64,000 bases of DNA from positions 1 through 64,000 of IMG/VR virus record IMGVR_UViG_3300045988_086533; one strand, 5' to 3'. Below are positions 26,423-36,402 of the stretch, one piece after another. The notes beneath the pieces were generated by a model. That model made no database searches. It was not told the DNA's origin and saw only the letters and a list, made by a program, of their open reading frames with translations. This DNA is from a virus. Position 1 is the first letter of the stretch. Each line of letters opens with the position of its first letter. The position numbers were made by a program, and so were the translations under genes.

Positions 26423-26451
26423 CACTCAACCTAACAGTTGGGTGTTTTTTA
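26423..26451 (+). terminator. intrinsic terminator
   Basis: Stem cactcaac / gttgggtg (one G-U pair), loop ctaaca, T6. Confidence 0.65.
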
Positions 26452-26604
26452 TTGTCTATTTTTAGTTAATATTTTTTCGTAAAAATTAATATATAGATAT
26501 GACAAAGGTTCTTGGTTATCCATAAAACCTCGTATTAATGATGTTTTCTTTGTTTTCTCAAAACAATGATTTAATCGTCGATGGACGTTAAACTGGAGGT
26601 AAGT

Positions 26605-27261
26605 ATGGCAAAAAGAAAATTAAGAGAATTTTTAGCAGGACTTGATAATGCTGCTGAGGTAGAATTAGCTATAACAAAAGCCCTAGAGGAACAGGGATGT
26701 AAAGTATTAATAGATGATGGTAAGGATAATAAATATGTACCTAAAAACCGTTTAGATTCTAAGATAGCGGAGTTAGCAGAGGCTAACGAGGAAATAGATA
26801 CCTTACAAAAGCAAGTAAAAAATCCTACTGAGGCGGAAAAACAAGTAAAAGCTCTACAAGATAAAATTGCCGGCATGGAGGAAGCTGCTAAAAAAGAAAA
26901 ACTAACAACTGCCATAAATAAGGAATTAGCGGAAGCTAAACCAAAAGATGTAAACGACTTATTGAAATTCTTAGATATGGAAAAAGTCGTATTAAAAGAT
27001 GATGGTACTGTTGATGGATTAACAGACCAGTTAGCTACATTACAAAAGGACAAGGCCTACCTATTCGATAATGTAGAATCACAATCACAACCTAACAAGG
27101 GTTTTTTAAATCTTGGTTCTCCTGGAAAACCAAGTAATCTAAATGCCTTTGGTAGTAAAACTACACACGAAGGCGACTTTGGTTCACTATTAGGAAAACA
27201 ATGTAGTGAACAAGCACAACAAGTTGATAGTAATTATTTTTTTAATAACAACGATAAATAA
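26605..27261 (+). CDS. scaffolding protein (GP20-like)
   Basis: A/E/K-rich coiled coil containing KYVPKNRLDSK. Lies directly upstream of the capsid genes. Start at MAKRKL, after ctggagg. Confidence 0.6.
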   Translation: MAKRKLREFLAGLDNAAEVELAITKALEEQGCKVLIDDGKDNKYVPKNRLDSKIAELAEANEEIDTLQKQVKNPTEAEKQVKALQDKIAGMEEAAKKEKLTTAINKELAEAKPKDVNDLLKFLDMEKVVLKDDGTVDGLTDQLATLQKDKAYLFDNVESQSQPNKGFLNLGSPGKPSNLNAFGSKTTHEGDFGSLLGKQCSEQAQQVDSNYFFNNNDK

Positions 27262-27280
27262 TAATTAGGAGGTGGCATTT

Positions 27281-27679
27281 ATGCCAAAATTAAGAAGTAA
27301 GAAAATATTAGCACCTGAAAAAGAGATATTAGCATTTCCTGACCATTATGTAAATTTACCAGGAACAATAACTTATGCTAACTTAAAAACAATGGCAGTG
27401 GCTGATGATGATTTTGAGGGAGCAAAAACACTTAAAAAAGGTACAGTAGTAGCATTCGATGAAGATGGAAATGTAACTGCAGCTGCTGCTGGATCATCAA
27501 CTGCGGCTGCTACTGGAAATGGTATAGTATTTAATACTATAAAATTAGACGATTTTGATGAAACTGACGTGGCTATAAACGTGGCAGTATTAGTACACGG
27601 TTTCGTAAGAAAAGATAGACTAGTTGGAGCTGATAACTTAGACACTAAAAATACTTTAATCCACGTGGTAAATAAATAG
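27281..27679 (+). CDS. putative head decoration protein
   Basis: About 130 aa, between the scaffold and a gpE-type capsid gene. Ala/Gly-rich core, then VAVLVHGFV. Confidence 0.4.
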   Translation: MPKLRSKKILAPEKEILAFPDHYVNLPGTITYANLKTMAVADDDFEGAKTLKKGTVVAFDEDGNVTAAAAGSSTAAATGNGIVFNTIKLDDFDETDVAINVAVLVHGFVRKDRLVGADNLDTKNTLIHVVNK

Positions 27680-27692
27680 GAGGTGCTTATAA

Positions 27693-28793
27693 ATGGCAAA
27701 TGTAAATTTATTTGATTATATAAATGCGAAAGAAATCGCAGCATACGTAAAAGAAAACCCACTAAACAAAGAACCATACTTCGCTGAAACATTATTTCCT
27801 TCAAGAACTAGTATGGGAACTGATATAAGCTGGTTAAAAGGTGCTAATGGACTTCCAGTAGCATTACAACCAAGTGACTACGACGTTAAAGCTCGTATGA
27901 GAGAAAAAGAAGGATTCGAAGCAGTTGCTACTGAAATGGCATTCTTTAGAGAAGCTATGAGAATTGGTGAAAAAGATAGACAACAATTAAACTTATTATT
28001 AGCTCATCCTGATAATACTGTAGCATTACCATTAATAAGAAAAATATTTGATGAAGCTGCTAGATTAATAGAAGGTGCTAGAGTTCAAGCTGAAATAATG
28101 AGATGCCAATTAATGACAACTGGTAAAATAGATGTTGCTAGTGCAGATGGTAGAGCTCATTATGTATATGATTATGGTATGACAAACTTATACAAAGCTA
28201 TTAGAGCTGAATGGCAACCAGCTGCTAAAGCTACTGCTGATCCAGTTAGGGACTTAATTGATATATGTGATGATATGGAACTTAAAACAGGAATAAGACC
28301 TTCAAGAGCAGTAATGAATAGAAACACATTCTTAAATATGATAAATTGCGATACAGTTCAAAAAATGATGTATCCAGATGATTCTACAATGCATTACTTT
28401 GTAAGTGAACAACAAAAGAAAGCATTTATAGAACAAGTAACTGGTGTATCAATTTATGTATATAGTAAAAAATTTGGTAAATTAGACCACGCAACTGGTT
28501 TAGCAAGTGCTACAAAACAGGAAGTATTAATACCAGATAATAAAGTGGTATTAATGCCAGCTGGAAACTTAGGTAATACTGTTTACGGTACTACTCCAGA
28601 AGCATCTGACTTAATGTCAGGAACAGATGCACAAGTTGCACAAGCTGCTTATGGTACTACTGTTACTACTTTCAAAGAAAAACATCCAGTACAAGTTGTT
28701 ACTGTTGTTTCTTGTGTTATGATACCTTCATTCGAAGCAATAGACAATTGTGCAGTAATAGATGTATCTAAACAAGGCGCTATAGGCGCATAA
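27693..28793 (+). CDS. major capsid protein (lambda gpE-like family)
   Basis: 366 aa with a strong RBS and a terminator after it. The N-terminal LFDYINAKE...PYFAETLFP pattern and the gene's position support the call. Confidence 0.75.
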   Translation: MANVNLFDYINAKEIAAYVKENPLNKEPYFAETLFPSRTSMGTDISWLKGANGLPVALQPSDYDVKARMREKEGFEAVATEMAFFREAMRIGEKDRQQLNLLLAHPDNTVALPLIRKIFDEAARLIEGARVQAEIMRCQLMTTGKIDVASADGRAHYVYDYGMTNLYKAIRAEWQPAAKATADPVRDLIDICDDMELKTGIRPSRAVMNRNTFLNMINCDTVQKMMYPDDSTMHYFVSEQQKKAFIEQVTGVSIYVYSKKFGKLDHATGLASATKQEVLIPDNKVVLMPAGNLGNTVYGTTPEASDLMSGTDAQVAQAAYGTTVTTFKEKHPVQVVTVVSCVMIPSFEAIDNCAVIDVSKQGAIGA

Positions 28794-28826
28794 TTAAATA
28801 GCTCATTGTATTCCCTTATATATACA

Positions 28827-28868
28827 GGTTAGGCGAGGCTAACACGGCTTAGCCTAACCAATTTTTTT
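28827..28868 (+). terminator. intrinsic terminator after the capsid gene
   Basis: Stem ggttaggc / gcctaacc, followed by T7. Confidence 0.65.
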
Positions 28869-28883
28869 ATAGGAGGTGGTTAC

Positions 28884-29186
28884 ATGGTAGACGTTGATAC
28901 TTTAAAGGTTTTAATATTAGAGGACCAGTATCCTACTTTTACAGATGACCAACTAGAAGAAATGGCTAAAATATATGACAACATTTACCAACTAGCTTAT
29001 GTATGTTGTTTGGCGAAAGCGAGTGCAGATGAAATTACCATAGGTGCTATTAAAATAAAAAACAGTGCTGATATGTGGAATAATATGGCTGCAATGTTTT
29101 TAGAGCAATATAATACAGACTCCGGCAATAGTAAAAAAGTAACCTCCCTAACAGGAAAGGTGCCACGTAGAGTAGATGAGCAATAG
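28884..29186 (+). CDS. head-tail connector protein (gp6-like)
   Basis: Size and position after the major capsid gene. Confidence 0.4.
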   Translation: MVDVDTLKVLILEDQYPTFTDDQLEEMAKIYDNIYQLAYVCCLAKASADEITIGAIKIKNSADMWNNMAAMFLEQYNTDSGNSKKVTSLTGKVPRRVDEQ

Positions 29187-29592
29187 ACAGTCTATCCAAG
29201 CCGGGGTAATTAAGAAAGTACAGAATGCCATAAATAATTATGGTTATCAAGTACCAATATATAGGGATATATACCAAGTGGATGCAATGGGTTGTAAAGT
29301 ACTAAAGGAAGAAATGTCTTATATACAAGACTTACAATGTGTAATAGATAATAGTTCCAGTAGCAGAAGTAAGAGCATAACTAATAATAACCAAGGTATT
29401 ATAAAAGGTTATTCATATGCTACCTTATATGCTACATATGAGGAAGACTTCCCACTACAGGAAGATGACTTCATAGTTTATGAAGATACTTATTACAAGG
29501 TGATAGAAATAAGCGATGTAGTACATTATAATCTACTATACCAAGTTTCATTGGAAAGGGTTGATTTAGATGGCGAATACAATAACATTTGA
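29176..29592 (+). CDS. head-tail joining / head closure protein
   Basis: Position only. Confidence 0.3.
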   Translation: MSNRQSIQAGVIKKVQNAINNYGYQVPIYRDIYQVDAMGCKVLKEEMSYIQDLQCVIDNSSSSRSKSITNNNQGIIKGYSYATLYATYEEDFPLQEDDFIVYEDTYYKVIEISDVVHYNLLYQVSLERVDLDGEYNNI

Positions 29593-29920
29593 CACTAAAG
29601 AATTTAATGATAAAATAAAAACTTTCAATAAAACTATGCAGGCTGAGTTAAAGGTGGTAGGTAGTACTATTAGTAAGAATATGCAAACATATGCTAAGGC
29701 TAACCATCCTTGGACTAATAGAACTAAATCAGCACAGAATAAGTTAAAAGGTAAATATAAAGTAACTGAGAATGATTTAGATATTAGCATTGCACATGGC
29801 GTTGACTATGGATACTACCTAGAAACAAGAGCTGACTTTGATGGTAAATACAAAATATTAGAAGAGGCCAGGGATAGTGAGGTTGATAACTTTAAAGGTA
29901 TGATACAAAACTTGTTTTAA
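29570..29920 (+). CDS. tail completion / neck protein (HK97 gp10-like)
   Basis: Position and size. Confidence 0.3.
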   Translation: MANTITFDTKEFNDKIKTFNKTMQAELKVVGSTISKNMQTYAKANHPWTNRTKSAQNKLKGKYKVTENDLDISIAHGVDYGYYLETRADFDGKYKILEEARDSEVDNFKGMIQNLF

Positions 29921-29934
29921 AGGAGGGTTAAAAA

Positions 29935-30291
29935 TTGAGTGCGAGACTTAATATATATAATGTAATAAAAGGTGTAATTAATACAGTGCCAGTCCATGAC
30001 CGTCCTGCACGTATCACAGAGGATACTGCAGTAATAATGAGAACAAGTGCTAATCAAAGTTTCGATAACACTCTTTGTGGATGGGATAACTGGATTATAT
30101 ATATCTATACTCCACACAGTCCTCTACAACTAGATACGTTGAGAAACAAGGTTAGAAAAGCGTTATATTTAGCGGGCATTGAAATTACACATGATATGAG
30201 TGATGATATGTACGATCAAGATTTAAGATGTTATGTGTGTTCTTTGACTTGTAGAACACCAGTAATTTTTAATTATGATGATAATGAATAG
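29935..30291 (+). CDS. tail terminator-like protein (TTG start)
   Basis: RBS aaggaggg 7 nt upstream. Position before the major tail gene. Confidence 0.3.
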   Translation: MSARLNIYNVIKGVINTVPVHDRPARITEDTAVIMRTSANQSFDNTLCGWDNWIIYIYTPHSPLQLDTLRNKVRKALYLAGIEITHDMSDDMYDQDLRCYVCSLTCRTPVIFNYDDNE

Positions 30292-30305
30292 GAGGTAAGT
30301 GTAAT

Positions 30306-30875
30306 ATGGCTATATTATATAATATTAAAAAGGCAGTAATAACTGAACTTGACCCAACTACAGGGGCAGCTAAAGAAAGTGGAGTTGTGGCTCATATAAA
30401 AACTGCACAAAAGGCTGAATTAGAACCAGTGCTTAGCGAAGGTGAAGAAGATATACTAAGAAATGATGTTAGTATATTAGCAGTTGTTAGAACAGAAGAT
30501 TTAATTTATGGATATGATATAAAACTAACAGATAACCAATTTGATGATACAATGGCAGGACTTGTAGCTGGGTATAAAGTGGAAAATGGAGATACAACTG
30601 GTACTAAAAAGTTATCAACTCCAATGATGAGTGAAGGGAACGTGGCAAAACCATTTAAACTAGACTTATATGTTGCTAACTACAGTGGAGATTCAATTGT
30701 CAACTATGCAAAAGTTACATTGAATAAATGTACTGGTAAATTCCCTACAATGACAGTAGGAGATGGATTCTTTGCTCCAGAGTTTGAAATAAAAGCTAGA
30801 GAAAATACTAAAGCAAAACTACCAATAAAAGAAATAACATTTGTGAGTGAGTTACCAGAAGACCCTGCACAATAA
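30306..30875 (+). CDS. major tail (tube) protein
   Basis: 189 aa, immediately before the chaperone pair and the tape measure gene. Confidence 0.55.
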   Translation: MAILYNIKKAVITELDPTTGAAKESGVVAHIKTAQKAELEPVLSEGEEDILRNDVSILAVVRTEDLIYGYDIKLTDNQFDDTMAGLVAGYKVENGDTTGTKKLSTPMMSEGNVAKPFKLDLYVANYSGDSIVNYAKVTLNKCTGKFPTMTVGDGFFAPEFEIKARENTKAKLPIKEITFVSELPEDPAQ

Positions 30876-30901
30876 TATAATGTATATAGGAGGGAAATAC
30901 A

Positions 30902-31300
30902 ATGAGTGAGTTAAAAGTAATAAGTGCCAGAGAGTTTAGAAAAAAGGCCACTAGAATAATTGAAATAGATGGATTTGAACCGGGTGAAAAAATAGCAGTA
31001 AGAATAAAACCCGCGAGTTTATTAAACCTTATGATGAGTGGCAAACTTCCTAACAATTTATTAGGTACAGTAAATGACTTATTTGAGCAAAAGGACAATG
31101 CACAAGCAATGCAATTATTTGAGCAAGATGAAAATAAGATAAAAGATATAATGGAAATAATAGATTTAGTGTGCGAACAAAGTCTAGTAGAGCCAACATA
31201 TGAAGAAATTAAGGACGTGATTACAGATACTCAAAAGATGCAAATAATGGGTGAAGCACAAGGAAATGTGAATGCGGCTATACCCTCTATTCCAAAGTAG
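30902..31300 (+). CDS. tail assembly chaperone (G-like)
   Basis: Acidic protein of about 130 aa preceding the tape measure gene. Confidence 0.55.
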   Translation: MSELKVISAREFRKKATRIIEIDGFEPGEKIAVRIKPASLLNLMMSGKLPNNLLGTVNDLFEQKDNAQAMQLFEQDENKIKDIMEIIDLVCEQSLVEPTYEEIKDVITDTQKMQIMGEAQGNVNAAIPSIPK

Positions 31301-31532
31301 GAGGATACTAAATGTTATTTCTACTGCTAAGACTTTTGGATGTAGACCTAGTGATCTATTAGGAATAGATGAAGATGACGTGTATGGTCGTTATTGCATA
31401 GATGAAGCTGCAACATATCTATACAATATGATGCAACCTGATAAAGATGGCAAAACTAAAAAACCAACATTCATAGAAGATATTAGAGAAAGTAAAACTA
31501 AAAATCCGGGTTTAGATTTACTATTAGGCTAA
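31272..31532 (+). CDS. tail assembly chaperone, second ORF (T-like), overlapping in the +1 frame
   Basis: Overlaps the previous ORF by 29 nt. It could be expressed by a frameshift or from its own aagga RBS. Confidence 0.45.
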   Translation: MRLYPLFQSRRILNVISTAKTFGCRPSDLLGIDEDDVYGRYCIDEAATYLYNMMQPDKDGKTKKPTFIEDIRESKTKNPGLDLLLG

Positions 31533-31591
31533 TAAAATTAACAGTAGGACAGTAGTTCTACTGTTTTTAATTTATAAAGGTGGTGAATAAT

Positions 31592-34189
31592 ATGGCTGGT
31601 GTAGATTTGGGGAGCATTGTAGCTCACCTAAAATTGGAAATGAGTGATTTTAATAGTAACTTAAATAGAGCAGTAAGTCAAGTACAACAAACACAAAGTA
31701 GTTTTAGCGGCTTAAAGGCTACTGGGGAAAGTTTATCTAGTGTCGGTGCGGCACTTACTGCTGGAGTAACTGCCCCAGTGGTAGCATTAGGGGCAAGTGT
31801 AGTAAAAACACAAATGACATTCGAGCATTCAATGTCAAAAGTTAAAGCATTATCAGGGGCTACTGGTAGTGACTTAAAATTATTGGAGGATACCGCAAAA
31901 CAGATGGGTGCATCCACAGTTTATAGTGCAAGTGAGGCAGCTGATGCCCTTGGATATATGGCACTTGCGGGTTGGGATGCACAACAATCCGCAGCAGGTT
32001 TACCTGGAGTACTTAATCTAGCTGCAGCATCTGGAATGGATTTAGCACAGGCTTCGGACTTAGTAACTGATTACCTAACTGCATTCGGGTTAGAAGCCGA
32101 CCAGGCAGGACGTATGGCAGATGTATTATCCTACGCTCAAGCTAATTCAAATACAACAACAGAGATGTTAGGTGAAGCATTTAAAAACTGTGCAGTTAAT
32201 GCACATAATGCCGGTATGAGTTTAGAGGAAACTACTGCAATCCTTAGTAAATTTGCAGATGCCGGTCTTAAAGGTAGCGAAGGTGGTACTGCCTTAAATG
32301 CAATCATAAGAGATATGACACAAAAGATGAAAAATGGAGCAATACAAATAGGGAATACTAAAGTACAAGTACAAGATGCTAACGGTAACTTTAGGGAAAT
32401 GACCGATATTATAGCAGATGTAGATAATGCAACAAAAGGCATGGGAGATGCACAAAGAACCGCTGCATTAATGACAACATTTACTGCTGACAGTATAAAA
32501 GGTATGGGTATCTTATGTAATACTGGAGCTGATGATATCGATAAATTCACAAACGCACTAGAGAAAAGCGATGGTACTGCAAAGAAGATGTCTGATATGA
32601 TGAACTCAGATTTAACAGGGGCACTAAAACAGTTAAGTAGTGCTTGGGAAGCAGTACAACTCGACATAGGTAATACTACTGGTCCATTGTCATTAATAGT
32701 AGGCATGCTTACAAAATTACTTCAAGCCTTCTTAAAATTACCTGGGCCTATTAAACAAGCAATAGTGACAATTGCTCTATTAGCTGCAGCAGTAGGTCCG
32801 GTATTACTTATTATAGGTAAGGGTATACAAACATTTTTAAAATTACGTGATGCAATTAAAATAATAAAAGCCGCATTTGGTACACTGAAAACAACATTCT
32901 TAATTTTTAAATCACTTATAATGGATACTCTTGTCCCTATAATAACAGACACTGTAATACCTGCATTACAAGGTTTATGGGGGATATTAATGGCTAATCC
33001 TATTATATTAATTGTAGCAGCTATAGCCGCATTAGTGGCAGCATTTATATGGGCTTGGAATAATATTGATGGATTTAAAGAGTTTTGGATTGACTTATGG
33101 GAGAATATAAAAACTATGGCCAGTAATGCTTTAGAATCATTACAAAACTTCTTTACTGAAACTATTCCACAAATGATAAGTGATATAGGAAATTGGTTTA
33201 GTAACTTACCAGCAACTATTTGGTATTGGCTATGTTTCGTAGTAGCATATGCAGTACTATGGGTAGGACAGATGGCTCAAAAGGCATATGAAGCAGGTTC
33301 AAAATTTGTGCAAAATGCTATTACATTTATCCAACAACTACCTGGTAAAGTGTGGACTTGGTTAACAACTACTATTAGTAAAGTTGGTAGTTGGGTTGTA
33401 CAAATGGCAAGTAAAGCACAACAAGCCGGCAGTAGATTCCTAAGTAATGTAAGTACATTTATAAGACAATTGCCAGGTCGTGTATGGTCTTTTCTATTAA
33501 CAACAATAGCAAAAGTAATAGCATTTGCCATACGCTTTGCTCAAAAGGGTAGAGAAGCTGCACAAAGATTTAAAGATAATATTATTAATGGTATTAGTAG
33601 TCTACCAGGTAAAATGGTAAGTATAGGAAGTAATATTATACACGGTATTATTACTGGTATTACTAATGCGGCTGGTAATTTATTTAGCACAATGCAAAAT
33701 ATAGCAAGTAGAGCCTTAAATGCTGCAAAGGGTGCTTTGGGTATTCATTCTCCTTCAACAGTATTTAGAGATATGGTAGGGAAAATGATACCGGCTGGTG
33801 TTACTGTTGGTATTGAAGCGAACGCTGGTAAAACTATTAAAGCAATTAAAGATTATGCTAGTAGTTTGGTGACAACTATAGACACAAATAAATTCCTAGG
33901 TAAAGTTAATATGAGTACGGCTGGTATTAATATAAATAGTGAAAACACAGTTGATAGTAATTTACTTTATGCCATAAAAGGTATGGCACAAGTAATGCAG
34001 GACAGTAAACAAGAATTTGATTATAAAGAAATGGGTAAACAATATAAAAAGGCGTTAGAAGATACAAATACACCAATTGTAATGGACAAAGTGGTAGTAG
34101 GTCAAAAGGTTGCTAAGTCCGTACAGGATACAAATGATTACTACAATAACCAAAAGGAAAGATTTAGAGGTGAGAAGGATTATGTATAA
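31592..34189 (+). CDS. tail tape measure protein
   Basis: 865 aa, Ala/Gly-rich and helical, with central hydrophobic segments. Position supports the call. Start at ATG 31592, after aaaggtgg. Confidence 0.9.
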   Translation: MAGVDLGSIVAHLKLEMSDFNSNLNRAVSQVQQTQSSFSGLKATGESLSSVGAALTAGVTAPVVALGASVVKTQMTFEHSMSKVKALSGATGSDLKLLEDTAKQMGASTVYSASEAADALGYMALAGWDAQQSAAGLPGVLNLAAASGMDLAQASDLVTDYLTAFGLEADQAGRMADVLSYAQANSNTTTEMLGEAFKNCAVNAHNAGMSLEETTAILSKFADAGLKGSEGGTALNAIIRDMTQKMKNGAIQIGNTKVQVQDANGNFREMTDIIADVDNATKGMGDAQRTAALMTTFTADSIKGMGILCNTGADDIDKFTNALEKSDGTAKKMSDMMNSDLTGALKQLSSAWEAVQLDIGNTTGPLSLIVGMLTKLLQAFLKLPGPIKQAIVTIALLAAAVGPVLLIIGKGIQTFLKLRDAIKIIKAAFGTLKTTFLIFKSLIMDTLVPIITDTVIPALQGLWGILMANPIILIVAAIAALVAAFIWAWNNIDGFKEFWIDLWENIKTMASNALESLQNFFTETIPQMISDIGNWFSNLPATIWYWLCFVVAYAVLWVGQMAQKAYEAGSKFVQNAITFIQQLPGKVWTWLTTTISKVGSWVVQMASKAQQAGSRFLSNVSTFIRQLPGRVWSFLLTTIAKVIAFAIRFAQKGREAAQRFKDNIINGISSLPGKMVSIGSNIIHGIITGITNAAGNLFSTMQNIASRALNAAKGALGIHSPSTVFRDMVGKMIPAGVTVGIEANAGKTIKAIKDYASSLVTTIDTNKFLGKVNMSTAGININSENTVDSNLLYAIKGMAQVMQDSKQEFDYKEMGKQYKKALEDTNTPIVMDKVVVGQKVAKSVQDTNDYYNNQKERFRGEKDYV
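33275..33660 (+). repeat. three tandem repeats of about 37 aa within the tape measure protein
   Basis: AGSKFVQNAITFIQQLPGKVWTWLTTTISKV / AGSRFLSNVSTFIRQLPGRVWSFLLTTIAKV / AAQRFKDNIINGISSLPGKMVSIGSNII. Confidence 0.7.
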
Positions 34190-36389
34190 TTATTTTAATT
34201 TTAATGGCACTCAAATTAATGATTTAGCCATAGTGACAAGCATAGAAAAACCATATATACCAGAAAAATCTATCGATACTATAAGTGTATCCAGTAGAGA
34301 CGGGGAAATATTTGATGGGGCAAAATATGACCCCATCTCTATTCCTATATCTCTTGCGATAATAGGTGCTACGGAGGACGAGTATAAAACTCGAGTTCAA
34401 TGTTTACATGATATTCTTAGTACAAAACAAGAAGTGCCGATAAAATTTTGTGAGAATATTACAATTTACGGAATGTTAAAAGGAGCACTGAAAGTAAAGA
34501 AAAAGAATAGTATGAGTGGTTATGCTGACATTGAACTAATATGCCATACACCATATAGTTATAGTGATAATGTGCAGGCATACAATGCAGAAGATAACCA
34601 ACAGACTGTAGTGGTGGAAAACAATGGTGAATTACCAACTCTACCATATGTGAGTATAGGATTTGGTGCAGACGCACATTTTGCTCAGTTACAAAATAAT
34701 AAAACTGGAGAAAAAATATTAGTAGGTGATTACCCACACTTGCAATTAAGTACCACAAAGAAAGAGCAAACATTAATATTACATGACCCGTGCACCAGTG
34801 TAGGTACATTGATTCAAAGTGGAGCTAATATTAATTCTGGTCGTGGAACTGGTGGTTCTTTTACTATATCTTCTGGTGGTGAAAGTTTTATACTTAGTGA
34901 ATTAGGTAATAGTACTGAGAAAATAAAAGGTGCATGTGCACGTATTGCTTTAAGTAAAAATATTGATGATTTTAAAGTAATGGTGAGAATGCAATGTAGG
35001 TCAAGTGGTATAAATGGTGACCCAAATAATATTAAGAGTGAGCAGGAAAAAGTTAATGAGACTGTAGTTGAGGGTGGCAAAACTTATTACTACGTAGTAA
35101 CTGCTAATGGAGTTAATTATAGAACTGGTCCCGGAACTAATTACACATCTAAGGGGATTATTCCAAAAGGAACTAAGTTAACAGAGGTAACAATTCAAAA
35201 TGGCTGGGCAAAAGTAAAATACAAAACTAAGACATATTATGTATCAGCAAAATATATAAAGAAGCAAGTAAAGGACAATTCCAAAAGTACAGTACAAACA
35301 TTTACAGTAGCTAATATGTTATTAGTTCCAACTAAGACACTAACTGGGGCTAGTGGAGTTGTATATACTAAACCTAATCTAGGTAGTAAGGTAGAATGTA
35401 CTATACCATATGGAACTGCTCTAAGAATAATACAAAGAACGTATACGTATACATACACTGATTCTAATAATAGTAAGCAGACAGTAAAATTCTACAGAAT
35501 ATATAAACCTTGGAAAGATAAAAATGGTAAAAACCATTATGGATATGTAAATGTAGAAAATCTTAAAGGCTATGCAGGAGTAGATAATAGTGTTGATTAT
35601 AGTGACGACCCAGCATATGCAGACCATAAAACCGGCATAGCTGAGGTGTATGGTTTTGATGTTAATGGTACTCAAATATTTAGATTATATTTAGGTGACA
35701 TTAACCCATATTTTGAATATAACCAAGCGGAGGTCAGTGTAAGTAAGAATTCCATTTTAAAAACAAGTAATGCTAGTCCACAGGAATACACAGATAAAAC
35801 TGTTGATGCCGACGGTAAAACTGTTACTAATCATTACATGAGCGGTCAATATGGTAGTTGGAATGATGCCAACGCTTACTTTACATTAACTAGAAAGAAA
35901 ACAGGTGAAAACTACGTATATAGTGCACAGGTACAAAAGAATGAGAATGGTAAATTTACTCAGTCTATATCAGCTAATAACAAACGTAGTAGTGAATATT
36001 CTACTGAACCCTTAAGTTACTTAGCGATATATCTAGGAACTATGGCGGATAAGTTAGAGAATGCTTCCGGAGTCGGTATTAGTGATATAAAAGTATATGA
36101 CCTAAACCCGGAAAATGAGGAGCAAGTTAATATAAAATATTTTGAGGCCGGCGATAAACTAGACTTGGATTTTGAGAATGGTGACTGTTATTTAAACAAC
36201 CAATTAAGAAATGATTTGGTGGACATAGGTAGTATATACTTTAATGTGAACGAAGGTGAAACAACATTACAAGTAGTCAGTGATGATACGTCAGCTAGTT
36301 TGGGCGTATTAATAAGAGAAAAATGGTTAGGTGTAGTAGACGAGGATAGAAGTACACCACCACAAGATTTAAATTTAACAAGTGAGTAA
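34182..36389 (+). CDS. distal tail protein (Dit) with inserted SH3b-like domains
   Basis: Start at MYNYFNFNG overlaps the tape measure stop. SH3b pattern VVTANGVNYRTGPGTNYTSKGIIPKGTKLTEVTIQNGWAKVKY. Confidence 0.65.
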   Translation: MYNYFNFNGTQINDLAIVTSIEKPYIPEKSIDTISVSSRDGEIFDGAKYDPISIPISLAIIGATEDEYKTRVQCLHDILSTKQEVPIKFCENITIYGMLKGALKVKKKNSMSGYADIELICHTPYSYSDNVQAYNAEDNQQTVVVENNGELPTLPYVSIGFGADAHFAQLQNNKTGEKILVGDYPHLQLSTTKKEQTLILHDPCTSVGTLIQSGANINSGRGTGGSFTISSGGESFILSELGNSTEKIKGACARIALSKNIDDFKVMVRMQCRSSGINGDPNNIKSEQEKVNETVVEGGKTYYYVVTANGVNYRTGPGTNYTSKGIIPKGTKLTEVTIQNGWAKVKYKTKTYYVSAKYIKKQVKDNSKSTVQTFTVANMLLVPTKTLTGASGVVYTKPNLGSKVECTIPYGTALRIIQRTYTYTYTDSNNSKQTVKFYRIYKPWKDKNGKNHYGYVNVENLKGYAGVDNSVDYSDDPAYADHKTGIAEVYGFDVNGTQIFRLYLGDINPYFEYNQAEVSVSKNSILKTSNASPQEYTDKTVDADGKTVTNHYMSGQYGSWNDANAYFTLTRKKTGENYVYSAQVQKNENGKFTQSISANNKRSSEYSTEPLSYLAIYLGTMADKLENASGVGISDIKVYDLNPENEEQVNIKYFEAGDKLDLDFENGDCYLNNQLRNDLVDIGSIYFNVNEGETTLQVVSDDTSASLGVLIREKWLGVVDEDRSTPPQDLNLTSE

Positions 36390-36402
36390 GGAGGTATTTT
36401 GG

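Noticed and set aside
26571-27053. 160-aa ORF on the - strand, antisense to the scaffold gene
   Set aside because: Low-complexity Ser/Ala/Phe-rich mirror of an A/E/K-rich coiled-coil gene. No RBS, and it fully overlaps a well-supported + strand gene.
31312-31362. Short ORF starting at the ATG right after the gtaggagga RBS-like sequence in the chaperone overlap region
   Set aside because: It is only 16 codons long and in a third frame. The AGGAGG here is more likely incidental, or a frameshift-stimulating SD-like element.
32137-32706. 189-aa - strand ORF inside the tape measure gene
   Set aside because: Antisense artefact of an Ala/Gly-rich gene, with no RBS and no promoter context. The same reasoning applies to the - strand ORFs at 31678-31917, 33277-33531, 49887-50411, 55949-56377, 60229-60609 and 63511-63813.
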